This document shows, piece after piece, positions 61,492-64,000 of a stretch of 64,000 nucleotides of DNA. Location of the stretch: assembly GCA_020353515.1 (NCBI GenBank), contig CP070695.1, forward strand, positions 3,945,460 to 4,009,459, given 5' to 3'. The DNA is from Candidatus Heimdallarchaeota archaeon (GTDB lineage Archaea > Asgardarchaeota > Heimdallarchaeia > Hodarchaeales > Hodarchaeaceae). Numbering within the stretch: position 1 is the first letter of the stretch; each line of letters begins with the position of its first letter. Both the position numbers and the translations under genes were made by a program. The notes under the pieces are model-generated. The model worked only from the letters and a program-made list of their open reading frames with translations, did no database searches and was not told the DNA's origin.

Positions 61492-62106
61492 ATGAGTTAT
61501 TCTGGGGAATTTTTAGTCAAGCTAGCCCGTAAGACAATTGAGACTTACCTTAAAGACAAGAAAAAAATCACTATCCCTAATGATGCTCCAAAGGATCTCT
61601 TTGACCACTCAGGGGTATTTGTAACACTCCATCGTGCCACTGAGAGAAAGGATCCTGAATTAAGGGGGTGTATAGGACGAATTGAAAGTCCACATAGCAC
61701 TCTAATTCAATCAACCATCGATTCTGCGATTGATGCTGCTACCCGTGACCCTCGTTTTCCGCCTGTTATTTTTGAGGAAATGGAATCAATCACTGTCGAA
61801 ACCACAATTTTAACTGTTCCAGAAGTACTTGAAGTAAAAGACCCTAGTGAATATTTTAATCTAATCGAAATTGGCAAACATGGCTTAATCGCCCAACGAG
61901 GACCATACCAAAGAGGGTTACTTTTACCACAGGTCCCTGTTGAACAGAACTGGGATCTAGAATATTACCTTAATTATGTTTGTTTGAAGGCAGGACTTCC
62001 TAGTCAAGCGTGGACCGATCTAAACACAAAAATTTCCCGATTTGAAGGTTTTATTTTTTCAGAAGAAACTCCAAATGGTGTCATTGTACGAAAAGAGATA
62101 AAATAG
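61492..62106 (+). CDS. AMMECR1-family protein
   Basis: GVFVTL, LRGCIG, AATRDPRF, GLLLPQV, CLKAGL. Confidence 0.93.
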   Translation: MSYSGEFLVKLARKTIETYLKDKKKITIPNDAPKDLFDHSGVFVTLHRATERKDPELRGCIGRIESPHSTLIQSTIDSAIDAATRDPRFPPVIFEEMESITVETTILTVPEVLEVKDPSEYFNLIEIGKHGLIAQRGPYQRGLLLPQVPVEQNWDLEYYLNYVCLKAGLPSQAWTDLNTKISRFEGFIFSEETPNGVIVRKEIK

Positions 62107-62113
62107 TAGATTT

Positions 62114-63223
62114 TTAACTCTGATCTCTGAAAGAAAGAAATCTATCTACACTTATCGCTGTAAAATCTTCAAGAATTTGTAGAGAAACCTTAGAAATATG
62201 ATTACAACAGGATTTTTGGTCTAAATAATCAATTTTCAACCCTTGACTGAAAAATCCAAACTGAATCGGCCTCAATATAGATAGGGAAGCCCTTTTTTCT
62301 AAGATTTTCAATGCTTCAAATGAAGTAGATTCATTATTATAGTTAAAACATGTTGGAGAAATGATTGTTGTGAGTTTTTTTTCTTCAGCCAATTGTTGAC
62401 ATAATTGCTCACAGTAAATAGTACAAAGTAAACACAAAGAAGCATGACTTTTAAAAGATCCTAACAAGTCCTCAATCGAGATATCAATAGAAATTTGGTT
62501 AAATTCTGATTTAAGATAATTTAAGAATTTTTCTTCAGTTTGTTTTCCTGTTCTGAAAAATACAGGAATAATATCAACTCCCCTTTTCTTCATTAGCCAT
62601 GCTGCTATAAGAGAGTTCATATTAGGTCGAACTAGCGCAATTGCAGTGCCTTGAGAGTGGGTAGGAATTCCGTCCATTCCCCTGAGAGTTTTAGAGAATA
62701 TAAATGCTAATGAACCTCGAATATCAAGAGAAATCTCATAATCGGGGTCGTTAAGATCTACCTTTATTCCTTCTAGTTGTGATGAAAGAATCTTTGCACC
62801 CAATTCTCTAGCAATATGCATTGAACTGAATGGGTGATTCCCTTCTCTACGAACTCTAACTGCAAAACTTCCATATGGTTTAATGATGGCTAAAGCTTCT
62901 GACAATCCACCAGAAATGATGGATGTTTCTGTAGCTTGAACAACATAGGCCACGCTAGTAGATGAAATACCACTTACAGAGTTGGTAATAAGATGTGCTA
63001 CTTCATTAAGATCAGTCTTAGTTTCATGATAGACTAGAATGCGATCACGAAAAATAATGACTCTATACCCCGAGAATTCTCGTAAAATTGTCTTAATATT
63101 CTGCCTCAGAAGATTTACCATATGACGACGAGTTTGTCGACTTTTAATTCCTAATTCTCCTCCCATCCGTACTAAGATAACCTTTTTCTTTATCAAAAAG
63201 GAGTTTTCAGTAGGAGATACCAT
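62114..63223 (-). CDS. THUMP-domain ThiI-like protein with degenerate PP-loop
   Basis: GELGIKS, FAVRVRR, VDLNDPD, GMDGIP; SGGxDS replaced by RPNMNS. Confidence 0.75.
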   Translation of the reverse strand: MVSPTENSFLIKKKVILVRMGGELGIKSRQTRRHMVNLLRQNIKTILREFSGYRVIIFRDRILVYHETKTDLNEVAHLITNSVSGISSTSVAYVVQATETSIISGGLSEALAIIKPYGSFAVRVRREGNHPFSSMHIARELGAKILSSQLEGIKVDLNDPDYEISLDIRGSLAFIFSKTLRGMDGIPTHSQGTAIALVRPNMNSLIAAWLMKKRGVDIIPVFFRTGKQTEEKFLNYLKSEFNQISIDISIEDLLGSFKSHASLCLLCTIYCEQLCQQLAEEKKLTTIISPTCFNYNNESTSFEALKILEKRASLSILRPIQFGFFSQGLKIDYLDQKSCCNHISKVSLQILEDFTAISVDRFLSFRDQS

Positions 63224-63404
63224 ATTGACGACTTTCTTGGAAACACAGCTTATTGAAAGGTATAAGCTTCTGCTAGAAACCCACACTTGGGAGATTTTGA
63301 ATTATCCAAACAGCTAGCGATTCAGAGTAACTATAAGATTTCATCGCTAAGCTCATCCTTGTCAGGTTTCATCATTTCGCAGCTGTATAACCATAATATG
63401 GGGT

Positions 63405-63839
63405 TTAAAGCTCTTCATCTAGCTCTTCTAGCTCTTCTTCTTCCTCTTCTGTGAGTTCTTGTGAGGCTCTGATTAACTCGATGGCATTAAACTGTTGTTC
63501 AAACCGCCGCCAAACCGCCTCTTGTAAATTCTCATTTAATGTCTTGATATTTTCTTCTACTACTTTTTTTGCTTTCTCACGGTCTTCTGGTAACTCCGTG
63601 AAACCCCATGTTGAAGTAGGGGGTGCTTTTGGATCTTTTTTAATCAAGTATACAGAACTTTCCTGTTGTTGGAACGCGAAAAATTCAGGTTGAACGAGGG
63701 GACAATCAATATATCTACATGTGCCTGTAACTGTAAACAGATGGTTACAGCGCATCTTTGGAGAAGTTGCAGCTGATTTGAAGGCGCATTGTCCGTTTGC
63801 AAGGTATCTCCAAGTGGTAATTAGTTGAGATGATTCCAT
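63405..63839 (-). CDS. Mak16/ribosomal eL28-family protein
   Basis: W...CAF...C..LFTVTGTC...CPL pattern and acidic tail matching the Mak16 N-domain. Confidence 0.8.
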   Translation of the reverse strand: MESSQLITTWRYLANGQCAFKSAATSPKMRCNHLFTVTGTCRYIDCPLVQPEFFAFQQQESSVYLIKKDPKAPPTSTWGFTELPEDREKAKKVVEENIKTLNENLQEAVWRRFEQQFNAIELIRASQELTEEEEEELEELDEEL

Positions 63840-63900
63840 TTTTCGTCACGCAATACATTTTGTTTAGATTGAATTATTTTGCTGTTAGAGTAGATGCAAT

Positions 63901-64000
63901 AGCCGCTGGTGGGAATTTCATATAGACCTTACTGGATCTTATATCTTGAACCCACGACCAACAGATTACAAGTCTGTCGCTCTACCAACTAAGCCACAGC
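63901..64000 (-). tRNA. tRNA-Thr(UGU) with non-canonical 30-nt T-loop intron (59/60); 5' end cut by window edge
   Basis: ACAGA-CUUGUAA-UCUGU anticodon arm; BHB GUGGG-UUCA-AG^A...UGAA-AU^U-CCCAC. Confidence 0.88.

Noticed and set aside
1-64000. CRISPR array, rRNA, IS or provirus
   Set aside because: No regularly spaced repeats, rRNA-like tracts, transposase, integrase or capsid genes recognised

Overview
AT-rich archaeal chromosomal segment, almost certainly from an Asgard archaeon. It is probably Heimdallarchaeia/Hodarchaeales-like, inferred from a Mak16/L28e-family gene, a complete ESCRT-I/II/III+Vps4 cluster with ubiquitin, E1, E2 and RING genes, many small GTPases, and archaeal rps2/rpoN/S30e/L44e genes with BHB-intron tRNAs. 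Layout: 0.2-16 kb accessory genes (MFS, Rab-like GTPase, MarR, GNAT, TPR, an LRR gene with an in-frame amber, a frameshifted prenyltransferase-repeat gene); 16-19 kb RadA-like, RimK-like, tRNA-Gln, rpoN, rps2; 19-37 kb ESCRT/ubiquitin/GTPase/Yip1/KaiC supercluster; 38-44 kb metG and a giant PAS sensor, bracketed by two diverged, inverted copies of an unannotated structured non-coding element; 46.2-55.8 kb a complete 12-gene bacterial-microcompartment (BMC) operon of the sugar-phosphate-utilisation type (DeoC, RpiB, acylating aldehyde dehydrogenase, PduS, PduT, 2 BMC-H, 3 BMC-P), headed by a citrate synthase-PduL fusion; 56-64 kb archaeal housekeeping genes and tRNAs. The strongest candidate for an undescribed system is this archaeal (Asgard) metabolosome with a citrate synthase-linked CoA-recycling module. 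The paired structured RNA comes second. All calls come from motif recognition by eye; no database searches were run.
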